Positions 1 through 10,572 of a DNA stretch of 64,000 nt are shown piece by piece. The notes below the pieces were generated by a model, which was not told the origin of the DNA, ran no database searches, and saw nothing but the letters and a program-made list of their open reading frames with translations. The position numbers and the translations under genes are program-made. This DNA is from Escherichia phage vB-Eco-KMB38: sequence record OR525701.1. One strand, 5' to 3'. The number at the start of each line of letters is the position of its first letter. The first letter of the stretch is position 1.

Positions 1-1180
1 CGCCAGGATAAGGTTGAACCGGGTGAGAACGACCTTGTGGAATCACCTTGTTTTGTTCTTTAAGGCTATTAAAAATAATAGCATCCCAAGTTTTAATTGG
101 ACTGAACACAGATTGAATCTGAATTTTAGCATAATAACCCATGTCCAAACTCAAGTTGATGAACTGACGCTTAGCATCAATTTGCAATACACGATATACG
201 TCGATAATGTTATAAGAAATATATCGTTGGTGATTGCTTTCACGAAGTTTAGAAATAGGACCGTCGTATTTCAGTTTACCAACGTTCAATTCAAATTCTG
301 AAATGTAATCCAGAGAATACGACGGTTGGTTCGTGAAAGAGAACTTTTTGTAAAGGTCAATGTAATCAAGAACAGAGATACCGAACAATGTAATGATTTC
401 ACGAGAACCATACATGTTTTCGATAACTTTAACACGAGTTTTACGATGTGGTGATAAACGTTTCGCAGTAGATTCGCCAAAAATATTCTTGATTCGGTTA
501 TACACATATGGAATATCAAATGACTCAACGTTCCATCCAGTCAAAATGACAGGAGTTTTCTGTTGCCAGAAGTTGAGATATTCCATCAACAATTCTTTTT
601 CGTTATCGAACGGCATATAAATGATTTTATCGATAATTTCAGATGGAACTTCATCACCGCCTTGTTCTTGAAGCTTAGCAGCGATTTCAATAGACCATTC
701 TTCTACATTACCATATGGAGAATTCAATAGATCAAATACGTAGAACCTGTCGTCAATTGAGTCATAATGGGTGATAGCATCAATCGGATGTTTTGCTTGT
801 GACGGCTCAGGGAACCCATCCGGAGATGTTACTTCGATGTCGAAGTTAGCCACACGAATTTTTGTATGGTCGTATTTGATTTCATAGTTATAAGTGTCAG
901 ACAAATACGCCAATTTGAAATCGTCCATGCCAAGTGCTTCAAGTCCGATATCTTCCATGCGTTTAATCCATTGGGAGGCATCACGCATATTAGCGAACAA
1001 CTTACGAGTACACGGCTTACCGTAGATATCGAAATATTTCGTAGCCTGACTTTCTGGACAATGAGCAAACAGTGATGGTTTATATTCTACTTCACGAGTA
1101 CGTTCACGGCCATTAGAATCGATGTAACGTTCAAAAATTGAATCACCAATCTGTTCAACCGTTAAGTAAAATTCTTTCAT
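1..1180 (-). CDS. 43: DNA polymerase gp43, N-terminal portion (gene continues past window start)
   Basis: Minus-strand frame from ATG at 1178-1180 translates MKEFYLTVEQIGDS..., matching the T4 gp43 N-terminus including exonuclease FDIE motif; plus-strand ORFs in this span are antisense artefacts. Confidence 0.9.
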   Translation of the reverse strand, partial: MKEFYLTVEQIGDSIFERYIDSNGRERTREVEYKPSLFAHCPESQATKYFDIYGKPCTRKLFANMRDASQWIKRMEDIGLEALGMDDFKLAYLSDTYNYEIKYDHTKIRVANFDIEVTSPDGFPEPSQAKHPIDAITHYDSIDDRFYVFDLLNSPYGNVEEWSIEIAAKLQEQGGDEVPSEIIDKIIYMPFDNEKELLMEYLNFWQQKTPVILTGWNVESFDIPYVYNRIKNIFGESTAKRLSPHRKTRVKVIENMYGSREIITLFGISVLDYIDLYKKFSFTNQPSYSLDYISEFELNVGKLKYDGPISKLRESNHQRYISYNIIDVYRVLQIDAKRQFINLSLDMGYYAKIQIQSVFSPIKTWDAIIFNSLKEQNKVIPQGRSHPVQPYPG

Positions 1181-1238
1181 TTAATTTCCTTTAGACGAGT
1201 TATTGTCTTTTGTTTGTTGATGAACTTATTATACTCCA

Positions 1239-1258
1239 AATGGGACCGAAGTCCCATT
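1239..1258 (-). promoter_or_regulatory. stem-loop with UUCG tetraloop between regA and gene 43 (RNA-stability or operator-type hairpin)
   Basis: aatgggac-ttcg-gtcccatt perfect 8-bp hairpin on the minus strand just after the regA stop, followed by a TATAAT-like element. Confidence 0.3.
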
Positions 1259-1261
1259 GCT

Positions 1262-1639
1262 TTAATTACCAATTGTATATTTTGCTTTCAAAGTCCAGTC
1301 ATCTTTCTGTTTAAAAGAGATAACACGGAAGTTATTAGTCAGGCCAAACAGATCTTCACGAGCAGAGTCTTCAATAACAATCAATCCCCAGTCTTCAAGC
1401 AACTGGGCAATCGAATCACGTCGCTGATAGTCTTCACCATCAATATCAACCTGACGTCCATCCATACGCAACATTTCTTTAAAGTGGACGATGTAGTATT
1501 TACCTTGCTTTTGGAGGATATGACAGGACTGATAAAGAACTTTATCCTTGTTATTAGCGATGCCCATACGGGTCAAAGTCTCTTTGACTTTCAGAAAATC
1601 TTCAGGGTTCTTCAATTTAATTTCAATCATTTTTACCAT
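1262..1639 (-). CDS. regA: RegA translational repressor
   Basis: ORF translation [40 protein letters not shown] matches T4 RegA; true start may be the MIEIK Met at 1630. Confidence 0.85.
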   Translation of the reverse strand: MVKMIEIKLKNPEDFLKVKETLTRMGIANNKDKVLYQSCHILQKQGKYYIVHFKEMLRMDGRQVDIDGEDYQRRDSIAQLLEDWGLIVIEDSAREDLFGLTNNFRVISFKQKDDWTLKAKYTIGN

Positions 1640-2196
1640 TCCAATGCTAATTTTTTAAATTGTTTTTGTTCTTTCACATTTTTTGTAACTTCTTTGAGAA
1701 ACTCATCAGTGACCATGGCCTTCAGTTCTTTAAGGACTATTGGCAACTTGTTATTTTTTTCAAGGAGCCGCTTATACTCGGTAGCATCATTCATGTTGAT
1801 TGTGTAATGTTTCATCAACAGTTTGATAACTAGTAACTCTGAAGTGTCTTCGACTAGTTTAGCCCATTTAGAGAATCGACGGCCATGTGGAATTGCCGCC
1901 ATCATATAGTTGAAGTGCGCTTCATCACTTAATTCAGAACCGACTAAGTTCATCATGTAAACAGCTGGCATACATTCTGGGAACTGGGATAATGAGTTCT
2001 CAACCATAAATTTTGAGTAGTCGACCTGAGCAATTGACATAGATTTCTTTTCATTAATAGCATTAATGATTTTAAAGAATTCATTCTCAGGTTTTTCTTT
2101 AAACATATCAGCACATTTTTGAATCGCATCAGCGTCATTAGACTTCCATGCAATTTGGTGCTCGTTAAGCCGGACGTCATCATCGAATAAGTTCAT
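1633..2196 (-). CDS. 62: clamp loader small subunit gp62
   Basis: 187 aa, ends [13 protein letters not shown] and contains [11 protein letters not shown] as in T4 gp62; position between regA and 44. Confidence 0.9.
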   Translation of the reverse strand: MNLFDDDVRLNEHQIAWKSNDADAIQKCADMFKEKPENEFFKIINAINEKKSMSIAQVDYSKFMVENSLSQFPECMPAVYMMNLVGSELSDEAHFNYMMAAIPHGRRFSKWAKLVEDTSELLVIKLLMKHYTINMNDATEYKRLLEKNNKLPIVLKELKAMVTDEFLKEVTKNVKEQKQFKKLALEW

Positions 2197-2197
2197 A

Positions 2198-3160
2198 TTA
2201 TTTCCAAGTCAGTTCGCAGGTCAGTTGAAGAAGCATATACATAACATGTAATTCAATATTACTTGCTAATCCATGAAACTTATTATTTTCGCCTGCAATT
2301 TCATAAAGCGAAATAATACTTTTACCTGGTGCAACTTTGTCATAACACTCAGAAACTAATTTATCGATGAACCATGAATAATCAGCGGCATATTTTGGAG
2401 CTAATGCACGAAGCTGTTTGATATCTTTATTTTTCATTGCTTCTATGACATCATCTACCGTGCCACGATCATTGGTTACAATCGACAAAATACCTGCATC
2501 AAGAACACCTTTAGACGAGTACTGGTCTAATTGACCAATTGTACGACGAAAGTCTGGGAAGTTCTTTTTAACCAGAGCTGCAACAACTTTCATATCAGCG
2601 ATTTCGATATTTTCGTTCTTACAGATTTCAACCATACGATGAATCATTTTCTTCATCATCGATATTTTATCTTCTTCGGTTGGACGTCCGAATTCGATAA
2701 CTCGACAACGACTACGTAACGGTTCGATAATTCCATCGATGTTGTTGGCAGTAATAATAATAGAACAGTTACTAGAGAATTCTTCCATGAATGTACGAAG
2801 GTGACGTTGTGATTCAGCGAGGCCACTACGGTCAAATTCATCAATAACAATAACTTTAGGCTTGCCTTCCATTGAGACTGAACGAGCGAATGCAGTTAAT
2901 GGACCACGCACAAAATCAATCTTACAATCAGAACCGTTGACGAACATCATTTCGGCATTGATATCATTACATAATGCTTTTGCTACGGTTGTTTTACCGG
3001 TACCAGGAGATGGAGAGTGTAAAATAATATGAGGAAGTTTTCCTTTAGATACTAAAGACTTGAATGTTTCATGGTCATACGCAGGCAGAATACATTCGTC
3101 AATGGAAGAAGGACGATATTTCTGTTCTAGAATGTGTTCTTTGGAATTGATAGTAATCAT
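2198..3160 (-). CDS. 44: clamp loader large subunit gp44 (AAA+ ATPase)
   Basis: 320 aa with Walker [11 protein letters not shown] and Walker B VIVIDEFD; T4 gene order. Confidence 0.9.
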   Translation of the reverse strand: MITINSKEHILEQKYRPSSIDECILPAYDHETFKSLVSKGKLPHIILHSPSPGTGKTTVAKALCNDINAEMMFVNGSDCKIDFVRGPLTAFARSVSMEGKPKVIVIDEFDRSGLAESQRHLRTFMEEFSSNCSIIITANNIDGIIEPLRSRCRVIEFGRPTEEDKISMMKKMIHRMVEICKNENIEIADMKVVAALVKKNFPDFRRTIGQLDQYSSKGVLDAGILSIVTNDRGTVDDVIEAMKNKDIKQLRALAPKYAADYSWFIDKLVSECYDKVAPGKSIISLYEIAGENNKFHGLASNIELHVMYMLLQLTCELTWK

Positions 3161-3235
3161 GTAATTTTCCTCATTATCATTAAACTGGAGGATTTCTCCT
3201 CCATAATCGTATCACAATAAACGTAAAGCTTTGAC

Positions 3236-3922
3236 TTAGAAGTCGTGAGTAGAATCGGCTTCCATCGCAATAACATAACTTACTTGAGAGCTTTCAAACT
3301 TAGCTGCAACTTTATCACCAGCTCCCCACAACATTACTTTATAATTACCTGGCTGGATTTTCATATTAGCCATATTGATTACGAAGTTAAAGTTATTAGA
3401 ACCGTCATAATCAGTAAGAGTCAAAGAATACTTAGGACGAGTTAGTCCGGAATCTTCAACTTTATTATAGCCATTGATAACAATTTTACCATCTTTATTT
3501 GTAATAGCAATTGTATCAATCTGAAGACCACGTGAAACTCGAAGCAATTGTTGAAGGTCTTCAGCTTTAATTTCAGTAATCACAGAAGCCACTGGGAATT
3601 GAATTGGCTTATTAGGAAAAACAATGGTGCTCTTGTCAGCGGCAGGCCAATAAACTGTGGAACGTGTATCTGCAATTTTAATATTGCCATCAGTATGCAT
3701 TGAAATTTCGGCATCATCAGACACTAGACTCAAAATGCTTAAGAAGCTATTCAAATCATAAAGTGCTACGTCAAAATCAATTTCATCAGAGATATTTGCT
3801 TCCGCATAAGTGGTGCCATTAACTGCACGAGTCATAATAAATTTACCTTGACTCAGCAGAATGCCAGAGTTAATAGAGGCAAAGTTTTTCAGAATAGCGA
3901 TAGTATCTTTAGACAGTTTCAT
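3236..3922 (-). CDS. 45: sliding clamp gp45
   Basis: MKLSKDTIAILKNFASINSG...EADSTHDF, close to T4 gp45 along its length; start set at the MKLSKD Met. Confidence 0.9.
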   Translation of the reverse strand: MKLSKDTIAILKNFASINSGILLSQGKFIMTRAVNGTTYAEANISDEIDFDVALYDLNSFLSILSLVSDDAEISMHTDGNIKIADTRSTVYWPAADKSTIVFPNKPIQFPVASVITEIKAEDLQQLLRVSRGLQIDTIAITNKDGKIVINGYNKVEDSGLTRPKYSLTLTDYDGSNNFNFVINMANMKIQPGNYKVMLWGAGDKVAAKFESSQVSYVIAMEADSTHDF

Positions 3923-3964
3923 TTTATTTCCTTTCAAGACAATTCAAAGTTTATAACAAATTTA

Positions 3965-4381
3965 TTATGCAGCAACCATCTGCTTTTTAATAGCTTCAGG
4001 CAGTGATTCAATATATTCTGGAATTTTAGAAGCAACAATTTCGCCAGCTGCAATTAGTTGTTCGTCGGCATCAACACAGTAAAAATCTTCAAGGCGTTCA
4101 GAACCGTCTTTATCAAGAACGATTTTAGCACCTGCTTCGATAGAATCTTTATAGTGCTTACGCATCAAATGAATCCACATATCAGACACATCGTTATCAA
4201 TAAAGCCATAAATCATAAAACGAGTTTCTTGTGGCAAAGATTGGAGTTTTTTAGCACTTGCGTCATCACAATGCAGGACCCATGCTTTACGAACACGATT
4301 ATGGTTATGTGGGTTAGCGTCAGTACGGATAGAAGTAACTTTCAGATCAGCAGCAGTGAAACCTTTAGCAGTAGTAAACAT
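3965..4381 (-). CDS. rpbA: RNA polymerase binding protein RpbA (by position)
   Basis: 138 aa ORF between 45 and 46 as in T4; sequence not independently recognised. Confidence 0.55.
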   Translation of the reverse strand: MFTTAKGFTAADLKVTSIRTDANPHNHNRVRKAWVLHCDDASAKKLQSLPQETRFMIYGFIDNDVSDMWIHLMRKHYKDSIEAGAKIVLDKDGSERLEDFYCVDADEQLIAAGEIVASKIPEYIESLPEAIKKQMVAA

Positions 4382-4393
4382 ATTATTTCTCTC

Positions 4394-4594
4394 TTATTCG
4401 TAGAAGTCGGTAACTGTCCATGCGGAATTGCGATTAGACATTATTTTATTATACTCATCTTTAAAAGCAGATTTGAGCATTTGTTCAGTAACAATATGTT
4501 CTTCACCTGAAAACGTATTGGTCAAAACATATTTTTTAATTTCAGGGACAACGAGAAGATGTTGGCCGGTTGAATACTCCATGTTGTTCTCCAT
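4394..4594 (-). CDS. hypothetical protein (T4 45.2 position)
   Basis: 66 aa ORF in same orientation between rpbA and 46. Confidence 0.5.
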   Translation of the reverse strand: MENNMEYSTGQHLLVVPEIKKYVLTNTFSGEEHIVTEQMLKSAFKDEYNKIMSNRNSAWTVTDFYE

Positions 4595-4636
4595 TTAATT
4601 TGATGTGGTCATTATAACCACATCATGTTAAAGCGT

Positions 4637-6325
4637 TTATGAAACAGTCATCACAGTAAATCGTCCAACTTTGCTCATTTGAAGATGTTGTCCATAAGCT
4701 TGTGGGTCATGGTCTCTGTGACTAATTATAAACACGTTTGCATCGGTTAGAGAGTTAAGAATTGTTGAAATAGCTTTAATACCTTCAGAATCAGTCGCGG
4801 AATCCATGACTTCGTCCATAATTAATGTATTGATTCTAACACCAGAGACCTTTTCAGCAATATCTCGCCATGTAAACAACAATGCGATATCGATACGTGC
4901 CTTTTCACCTTGACTAAATGAAGCATAACTGAACTCTTCACGGCCACGTGATTTTATAGATTCATTGAATTCTTCGTCAATAGAAAACACGTAATCAGCT
5001 TCCATGATTTTAAGATAATGGTTAATCTGCTTGTTGAACAGAGGCACATATTTTTTAATGATAGCACCTTTAATACCAGAATCTTTTAACATATCTGTGA
5101 TAATACCACGATGGTATTTTTCAAGAACGATATCCGATTTTGTTTTAATGATTTTATCAAGTTCTTTTTGAAGCAAAGCTATCTCATCGGCATGGTCGAT
5201 AAATTCCGCCGAGGCTTGTTCTATTGCAGCTTTAACTTTCTTAGCTTTATCAATAGTGGCAATCATTGCTTGTTTCTTGGTGCGAATATCAGATGCAAGG
5301 TCCTGCTTAGTCTTAACATTAGCTCTATATTCGTCCACTAGGACACTCAGATTATCTCTGTGGCAGGTAAGTTGCTCGAATGAGTGATTACATTCATGAA
5401 GCTTATCGGTAATCTTAGAGACAATAGGATCACCCTGGTGCAACTGTGATGCGCAAGTAGGACATGTACCGCCATCATGATACATCTTAATAACTTTGTT
5501 GTATGAGTCAATTTTAGATTTAATCAAGAATGCTTCTTGTCCTATCTTGTTGAATGCCTCAGTAGGGTCTTCATCAAGAACGATATTAAGTAGTCGCTCA
5601 TTAGCTTCTTCGATCTCTGCTTTTAATGAACGAGCTTCTTTGGCTAGGTCGTCATACATATTCTGTAGACGCGCTACATTATCACCAGATAATTTCTTTT
5701 GACGTTCGATATTTTCGTTATAAATCTTAATTTGTTGGATAATACCATCTTTCTTGGCATCGAGAACTTGTCCCTGGGAATTAAGTTCTCGAACTTGAGA
5801 CTTATTGATTTTATCCATTTCAGCGAGTGTGCCAACTTCTAAAAGGTCTTCGACAAGTTTTCTACGAGCAGGGGTGCTAAGAGCCATGAAAGGGGTATAC
5901 CCTGCCGTCCCAAGCACAACGATTTGTTTAAAAGACGCGTATGACATTCCGATGCTACGTTCAAATTCTTCTTGGAAGTCACGACTGCTGGCAGATTCAT
6001 CGAGACGAACACCGTCAACGGAGATTTCGAAAATATTGGGCTTTTGGCCGCGTCTAATGAAGTATTTTTTATCATCGAATTCCATCCAAAGCTCAACTAA
6101 GAGCTCTTTCTTGTTCGTGCTATTAATGATTTGTCCTTTCTTAACATCACGAAATGGTTTACCGAAAAGTCCGAAAGTAATGGCTTCTAACATCGTAGAT
6201 TTACCACCGCCATTTTTACCGGTGATTAAGGTCTTTTGGACTTTATCTAATTGGATATCGATAGGATTCCCACCTACCGACATGATGTTTTGATAACGAA
6301 CACGATTTAATTTAAATGATTTCAT
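4637..6325 (-). CDS. 46: recombination endonuclease subunit gp46 (Rad50/SbcC-like ATPase)
   Basis: 562 aa, Walker A GKNGGGKST, long coiled-coil middle, CPTC zinc hook, C-terminal signature and D-loop region. Confidence 0.9.
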   Translation of the reverse strand: MKSFKLNRVRYQNIMSVGGNPIDIQLDKVQKTLITGKNGGGKSTMLEAITFGLFGKPFRDVKKGQIINSTNKKELLVELWMEFDDKKYFIRRGQKPNIFEISVDGVRLDESASSRDFQEEFERSIGMSYASFKQIVVLGTAGYTPFMALSTPARRKLVEDLLEVGTLAEMDKINKSQVRELNSQGQVLDAKKDGIIQQIKIYNENIERQKKLSGDNVARLQNMYDDLAKEARSLKAEIEEANERLLNIVLDEDPTEAFNKIGQEAFLIKSKIDSYNKVIKMYHDGGTCPTCASQLHQGDPIVSKITDKLHECNHSFEQLTCHRDNLSVLVDEYRANVKTKQDLASDIRTKKQAMIATIDKAKKVKAAIEQASAEFIDHADEIALLQKELDKIIKTKSDIVLEKYHRGIITDMLKDSGIKGAIIKKYVPLFNKQINHYLKIMEADYVFSIDEEFNESIKSRGREEFSYASFSQGEKARIDIALLFTWRDIAEKVSGVRINTLIMDEVMDSATDSEGIKAISTILNSLTDANVFIISHRDHDPQAYGQHLQMSKVGRFTVMTVS

Positions 6326-6576
6326 ATGTATTCTCTTCGAATGAAGTCCTCTACATATTTTAACATGTCATCTCTATCAGCAAAATATTCATCTAGTTCT
6401 GCATACATAACAACACCTGGTGCATACTCACAGGTAACATACATTGTTCCAAAGAAACGAGGAGTTGATTCCTCGTAATTCTCAGTCCATTCAACGATAC
6501 CAATATAACCGTCACCAATACTAAATTCATGACGATGGATTTCACAATCAGTCTTCGTCATTATACGCATCCTCAA
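6322..6576 (-). CDS. hypothetical protein (T4 46.1 position)
   Basis: 84 aa ORF, start overlaps gene 46 stop region. Confidence 0.5.
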   Translation of the reverse strand: MRMRIMTKTDCEIHRHEFSIGDGYIGIVEWTENYEESTPRFFGTMYVTCEYAPGVVMYAELDEYFADRDDMLKYVEDFIRREYI

Positions 6577-6805
6577 TACACGCTTCAGCCATTTTAAGAA
6601 TAGAGCCGGGAGTATCGTTGTCCATTATATTAAAGCTAAATTCAATAGCCCAGTCGGTGCAGACATGAACTGCTTTAACTTCATTGCCTTCAACGCGTAA
6701 TGGCTCAATCCAATACTTGATGGTGTTCTCGAATCCATCATCATCTTTAACGTCTATTTCAACTTCAAGCCCGAGCCCAGCATTGTTAAATTCATCTAAA
6801 GTCAT
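6548..6805 (-). CDS. hypothetical protein (T4 46.2 position)
   Basis: 85 aa acidic ORF between 47 and 46. Confidence 0.5.
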   Translation of the reverse strand: MTLDEFNNAGLGLEVEIDVKDDDGFENTIKYWIEPLRVEGNEVKAVHVCTDWAIEFSFNIMDNDTPGSILKMAEACIEDAYNDED

Positions 6806-7821
6806 TGTGTTGCCTCAATATAAAGTTCGTTGGAATATTTGACCAGCGCTTCTCTGTCTTCGTCTGAGATATCTGGAATCGCGTCAATATATTCTTTAAT
6901 GATATCTTGAAGTGATTTAATCTCGATTTCCTGGTCATCATCAGATTCAACACTGTTATCAACTTTAGAAACCATACGAAGAGAGTGAACTACTTTTTCA
7001 AGTTCAGATTCAAACTTAGTCAACTCTGAATCAATTTCTGATACTATAACACGTAAGGCTAGATTAGTATAATCAGAATAATTGATTTTGCCTTTAAACG
7101 GATAAGTGATTCGTCGATGCCATGTTGTTTCATTAGGAATAAATTCCATACGTTCAACATCAGTGTCAAATACCCAGAATCCGCGCGGGTCATTCTCATC
7201 ACCTGCAGTAAGTGTCCATGGTGTCCCAATATATTTGACGTTAGCAGCTTCAGAGATTGTGTGGAAGTGGCCGGACCAGACTTGTTTATAGGTCTTTAAG
7301 AAATCAGGTTCAAGCCCATGAGACTTCATTCCTTTATAGAAATAAAAGCCGTTTAATTCCCAGTGACCAACACAATACGCGGCAGAAGAAGTCTTGATGT
7401 GCTCTAAGATTTCACCTGTATTTTCTTCACACATCCATGGAACGATATCAATCAAACATCCGCCAAAATCTACAGTAGTCGGATGCTCGTAAATAGTAAA
7501 GTTTTCAAATTGAGTTAACAATTCAGAAACAGTGTTAGGTGTTATTGTATTCTTAAACGCCATGTCATGGTTTCCTATCGTGACATGAACGTGAATGCCT
7601 GCTTTAGAAATCATATCAACGATTTCACGATTGAATTCCATTGTACGATGTGTTATTGCTTTACGGACGTCAAACCAATCGCCGTACTGAATCCAAGTTT
7701 TAATCCCGTGTTTCTTAGAGTATTCAATTGCTTGACGAATACCATCACGTTGAATATCTTGAACCCATGGGTCGTCTTGTTTGACTCCGATATGGAAGTC
7801 GCCTAAGTGCAAAATTTTCAT
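6802..7821 (-). CDS. 47: recombination nuclease gp47 (Mre11/SbcD-like)
   Basis: 339 aa, MKILHLGDFHIG and GNHD phosphoesterase motifs, close to T4 gp47. Confidence 0.9.
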   Translation of the reverse strand: MKILHLGDFHIGVKQDDPWVQDIQRDGIRQAIEYSKKHGIKTWIQYGDWFDVRKAITHRTMEFNREIVDMISKAGIHVHVTIGNHDMAFKNTITPNTVSELLTQFENFTIYEHPTTVDFGGCLIDIVPWMCEENTGEILEHIKTSSAAYCVGHWELNGFYFYKGMKSHGLEPDFLKTYKQVWSGHFHTISEAANVKYIGTPWTLTAGDENDPRGFWVFDTDVERMEFIPNETTWHRRITYPFKGKINYSDYTNLALRVIVSEIDSELTKFESELEKVVHSLRMVSKVDNSVESDDDQEIEIKSLQDIIKEYIDAIPDISDEDREALVKYSNELYIEATQ

Positions 7822-7867
7822 ATTATTTCCTCATTAGTTAATTCATTTTATCATCCGTTTATAAAGC

Positions 7868-7896
7868 AAAAAAAAAAAGGAACTCCGAAGAGTTCC
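7868..7896 (-). terminator. intrinsic terminator upstream of gene 47
   Basis: ggaactc-ttcg-gagttcc hairpin followed by an 11-nt U run on the minus-strand transcript. Confidence 0.65.
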
Positions 7897-8069
7897 TATC
7901 CACATAGTACACCGTACAGAGGCTCATTTGAACTTTTAAATCGAATGGGCTTGTATGTAATAGTTCCTTCGGCTTTAGCTTTATCATAAGACTCTTTAAA
8001 ACGTCTCATTCTTTCTGCTTTGCCTTTACGGATTTTATCGAAATTTTCAGAAGTCGGGATGTTCGTCAT
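7896..8069 (-). CDS. small hypothetical protein (57 aa)
   Basis: ATG at 8067-8069, translation MTNIPTSENFDKIRKGKAERMRRF...; below the ORF-track cutoff; ends in the terminator. Confidence 0.3.
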   Translation of the reverse strand: MTNIPTSENFDKIRKGKAERMRRFKESYDKAKAEGTITYKPIRFKSSNEPLYGVLCG

Positions 8070-8108
8070 GCATAAGCACCTCTCAGAAAATGCCTAAATC
8101 AATTTCTC

Positions 8109-8330
8109 TCATCGTTTCCACCATTTCTTAACTTGAAATGAATCGACCCACACGAGTTGTTTTGGGTCTGCCTTTACAATAGGCGGACAAATTTCTGTAA
8201 TAGAACCGTCGTGATATTCCTTTTCAGAAATTTTAACACAAAGAGGACCACCCAATTTAACGGTGAACCCTGCGTTCAGCTTCAGACGTTTAAACTTTGT
8301 TTGAACTAGCGCCATTAATGATGTCCTCAA
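8109..8330 (-). CDS. hypothetical protein
   Basis: 73 aa ORF; no a-gt-sized gene present here. Confidence 0.4.
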   Translation of the reverse strand: MRTSLMALVQTKFKRLKLNAGFTVKLGGPLCVKISEKEYHDGSITEICPPIVKADPKQLVWVDSFQVKKWWKR

Positions 8331-8613
8331 TAGCCTGACGAGTAGTAACCCACTGGATTTTAATTAACTTGTCATTATACGGTTGTCGTAGAATATCCCG
8401 AGATTTCTTAATAGCATATTCGTAAGCTTCGAAGTTGTTTTGAATTGCTGCTTCTTGAGCATGTGCATAAAGACGGTTTAGTTCAAAACGATTCTTTTTA
8501 AGAATCTTTTCGGATTTTTTACGTGCTTCAGCTTCATTTTTCTTTTGGATTTCTTGTAGCATTTTAGCTACTGCATCTTCTGCTTCTTTATTTTCAATAA
8601 TCTCGGTAGTCAT
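8290..8613 (-). CDS. hypothetical protein
   Basis: 107 aa ORF, charged helical composition. Confidence 0.5.
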   Translation of the reverse strand: MTTEIIENKEAEDAVAKMLQEIQKKNEAEARKKSEKILKKNRFELNRLYAHAQEAAIQNNFEAYEYAIKKSRDILRQPYNDKLIKIQWVTTRQAIEDIINGASSNKV

Positions 8614-8614
8614 A

Positions 8615-8830
8615 TTATCTCATTAAATTAAAATAAAAACGTCCATCCTCTTCAATACAGAACTCATATTCAACTGGAGTCCCGTTTATCGAAAATGACA
8701 CGTCATGTGGGTTCAAAGGGTCGATGTCAAAATTAATTTTAAATTCACGACCCAACAGTTTTACCAAATAAGGGATTGCTTCGTCAAAAGGTTCTTCTAA
8801 GTAGTTAGAGATGTCAATTGTCATCCTCAT
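8615..8830 (-). CDS. hypothetical protein
   Basis: ORF 8615-8908 trimmed to the internal Met (MRMTIDIS) so it does not overlap gene 55. Confidence 0.45.
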   Translation of the reverse strand: MRMTIDISNYLEEPFDEAIPYLVKLLGREFKINFDIDPLNPHDVSFSINGTPVEYEFCIEEDGRFYFNLMR

Positions 8831-9389
8831 ATAAAAAATCCAAACTAGGCGAATCGCTAACAACTTCCTTCTTTTCAGCCCCAGGAGCTTTATAAGCGGA
8901 TTCTTCATAATGCGTCATTTTATCGTAGATGTCTTGAATAAACGTTTCATCTACCAACGCTACCATATCATCGTCATGACTGTCGTAGACATTATGAACG
9001 AAGTAACTATATTTCTTTGCAACTTCCTTACGTTCTTTTTTGATACGTTGGACAAAAGCATTAAAACAAGCTCGAGTTATGTATGCATGTGGGTTATTGT
9101 ACTTAGTTTCGTCGAAATTATGAAGTCCCTTAATAGAGGCTTCAATCCCATCTGCAATCATCTCCTGCTTCCAAGACTGGGTATATCCTGAAAAGTTGAA
9201 ACGTTTGGACAGGCCTTCGGCGATAAGCATAATTGCTAAACCGATGGTATCATTCTGACGAATAATTTTGTTTGGGTCTTTATTATTTAAGAGCTCCTTT
9301 TTCCACTCGATTATAGCGGCGAGAAGCTCTTTATTATTCACATAGTTATTTTTAGGTTTTTGTTCAGTCATAAGTACCTCTTGGCTCAA
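8814..9389 (-). CDS. 55: late sigma factor gp55
   Basis: [27 protein letters not shown]...SPSLDFLYE, near-identical to T4 gp55 over most of its length. Confidence 0.9.
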   Translation of the reverse strand: MSQEVLMTEQKPKNNYVNNKELLAAIIEWKKELLNNKDPNKIIRQNDTIGLAIMLIAEGLSKRFNFSGYTQSWKQEMIADGIEASIKGLHNFDETKYNNPHAYITRACFNAFVQRIKKERKEVAKKYSYFVHNVYDSHDDDMVALVDETFIQDIYDKMTHYEESAYKAPGAEKKEVVSDSPSLDFLYEDDN

Positions 9390-9443
9390 TTCATAGGTCT
9401 ATTATATCATAATATTTAGAGACCTATCTTAAAGCACGAGATA

Positions 9444-9713
9444 CTATCGGAGCAAACAATACGCCTGGAATACTTTTTCCATTAAACGTTTGAACTCATG
9501 GTTATCGATATAAAGCTCAGTAAGACCGGCATTATAAAGAAAATCTAAAAAGTTCTCATGTGTTTCGTTATAGTCGCCTTCGTTTAATTGAGATACATGA
9601 GTTTCCCAAAAACCAACACCTTTAACGAATGGAAAATACGTGACTTTCATGTATTCGTCAACATAAAATTCGCCCAGCTTTTCTTCAGTTATACTGATTC
9701 GAGTTAATTTCAT
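9444..9713 (-). CDS. hypothetical protein
   Basis: 89 aa ORF. Confidence 0.5.
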   Translation of the reverse strand: MKLTRISITEEKLGEFYVDEYMKVTYFPFVKGVGFWETHVSQLNEGDYNETHENFLDFLYNAGLTELYIDNHEFKRLMEKVFQAYCLLR

Positions 9714-9937
9714 TCTAGTTCCTTTGCTGCTTCAAGAGCAGCATCCAGCGAATCAAATTGGTCAACGAAATCAATATTCAACGCATCGTCAACCGTAGCA
9801 TATAACCACCATTGTTTGAATTCGTATTCTAGAATAAATCCAGGACCTTCAATCTGAGGAAGACCTAGACTATTTGTACCAACTTCGTAACCAGCTAGAC
9901 GCAGGTCATTAATCAAAGTTTCTGTTAATACGCTCAT
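9710..9937 (-). CDS. hypothetical protein
   Basis: 75 aa acidic ORF, 4-nt overlap with neighbour. Confidence 0.5.
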   Translation of the reverse strand: MSVLTETLINDLRLAGYEVGTNSLGLPQIEGPGFILEYEFKQWWLYATVDDALNIDFVDQFDSLDAALEAAKELE

Positions 9938-10266
9938 TTTACCGCCTTAACAATTTTAAGGTCAACGAATTTTTTCTTACGTTGATTTTTCATACGACGG
10001 ATAGTCTTTTCAGAGATTTCATGTTTCTGATAAGCTTTAGATTCAACACCAAATGCAGCAACGTCAAATTCAGAAAGAATATATTGTACTAGAATTTCAC
10101 GAATAGAATTACGTCCAATTTTCTGGTCGTGTTTTTGCATGATTTCATAAAGACGGAATTCCCACGCATCAAGAACTTGAGGAGTAACAATATTGCCAGA
10201 TTCCAGAAGAGCAACAACTTTATCGAAAGCGAAAGAATTAACTACGTTTTTGATTTTAGTAGACAT
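9934..10266 (-). CDS. hypothetical protein
   Basis: Start moved to ATG at 10264-10266 (MSTKIK) preceded by gaggaaa Shine-Dalgarno. Confidence 0.5.
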   Translation of the reverse strand: MSTKIKNVVNSFAFDKVVALLESGNIVTPQVLDAWEFRLYEIMQKHDQKIGRNSIREILVQYILSEFDVAAFGVESKAYQKHEISEKTIRRMKNQRKKKFVDLKIVKAVK

Positions 10267-10303
10267 ATTATTTTCCTCGGTTATTTTATTATCCAACGAG
10301 AGA

Positions 10304-10332
10304 ATTATACTCTGCTCTCAAGAGTTTGTATA
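10304..10332 (-). promoter_or_regulatory. sigma70-type early promoter (copy A of a repeated about 28-bp promoter element)
   Basis: Minus strand TATACA-N17-TATAAT; element attatactctgctctcaagagtttgta recurs at 40641. Confidence 0.4.
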
Positions 10333-10572
10333 CTATTTTTTAAGCATGAAAAGCAAGTAATTTGTATCGCGTGGAGTAATATCAACACCCATATCAAAGA
10401 TGCCTTTATAGATTGGGTATTTGTTTTCGGTTGTATCGAAGCTGAAACTATTTCCATCACATCTAACAGTAATAGCATCTGTTAAAATGTCATACTCAAT
10501 CCTAACAATTGAATCCCCGATTTTAACGTCGAGGTGTTTTTTGAATTTGATAAAATCTAATTCTTGAGCCAT
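10333..10572 (-). CDS. hypothetical protein
   Basis: 79 aa ORF. Confidence 0.5.
   Translation of the reverse strand: MAQELDFIKFKKHLDVKIGDSIVRIEYDILTDAITVRCDGNSFSFDTTENKYPIYKGIFDMGVDITPRDTNYLLFMLKK

Noticed and set aside
14-1075. Several ORFs of 69-95 aa on both strands inside the first 1.1 kb
   Set aside because: They are antisense or out of frame relative to the clearly recognisable gp43 DNA polymerase N-terminus on the minus strand.
1214-1807. 197-aa plus-strand ORF
   Set aside because: Lies antisense across regA and gene 62, which are confidently identified; low-complexity translation.
9395-9440. MotA-box middle promoter upstream of gene 55 (TGCTTTA present)
   Set aside because: Spacing between the TGCTTTA and the -10-like TATAAT is about 23 nt, too long for the MotA-dependent architecture; left unannotated.
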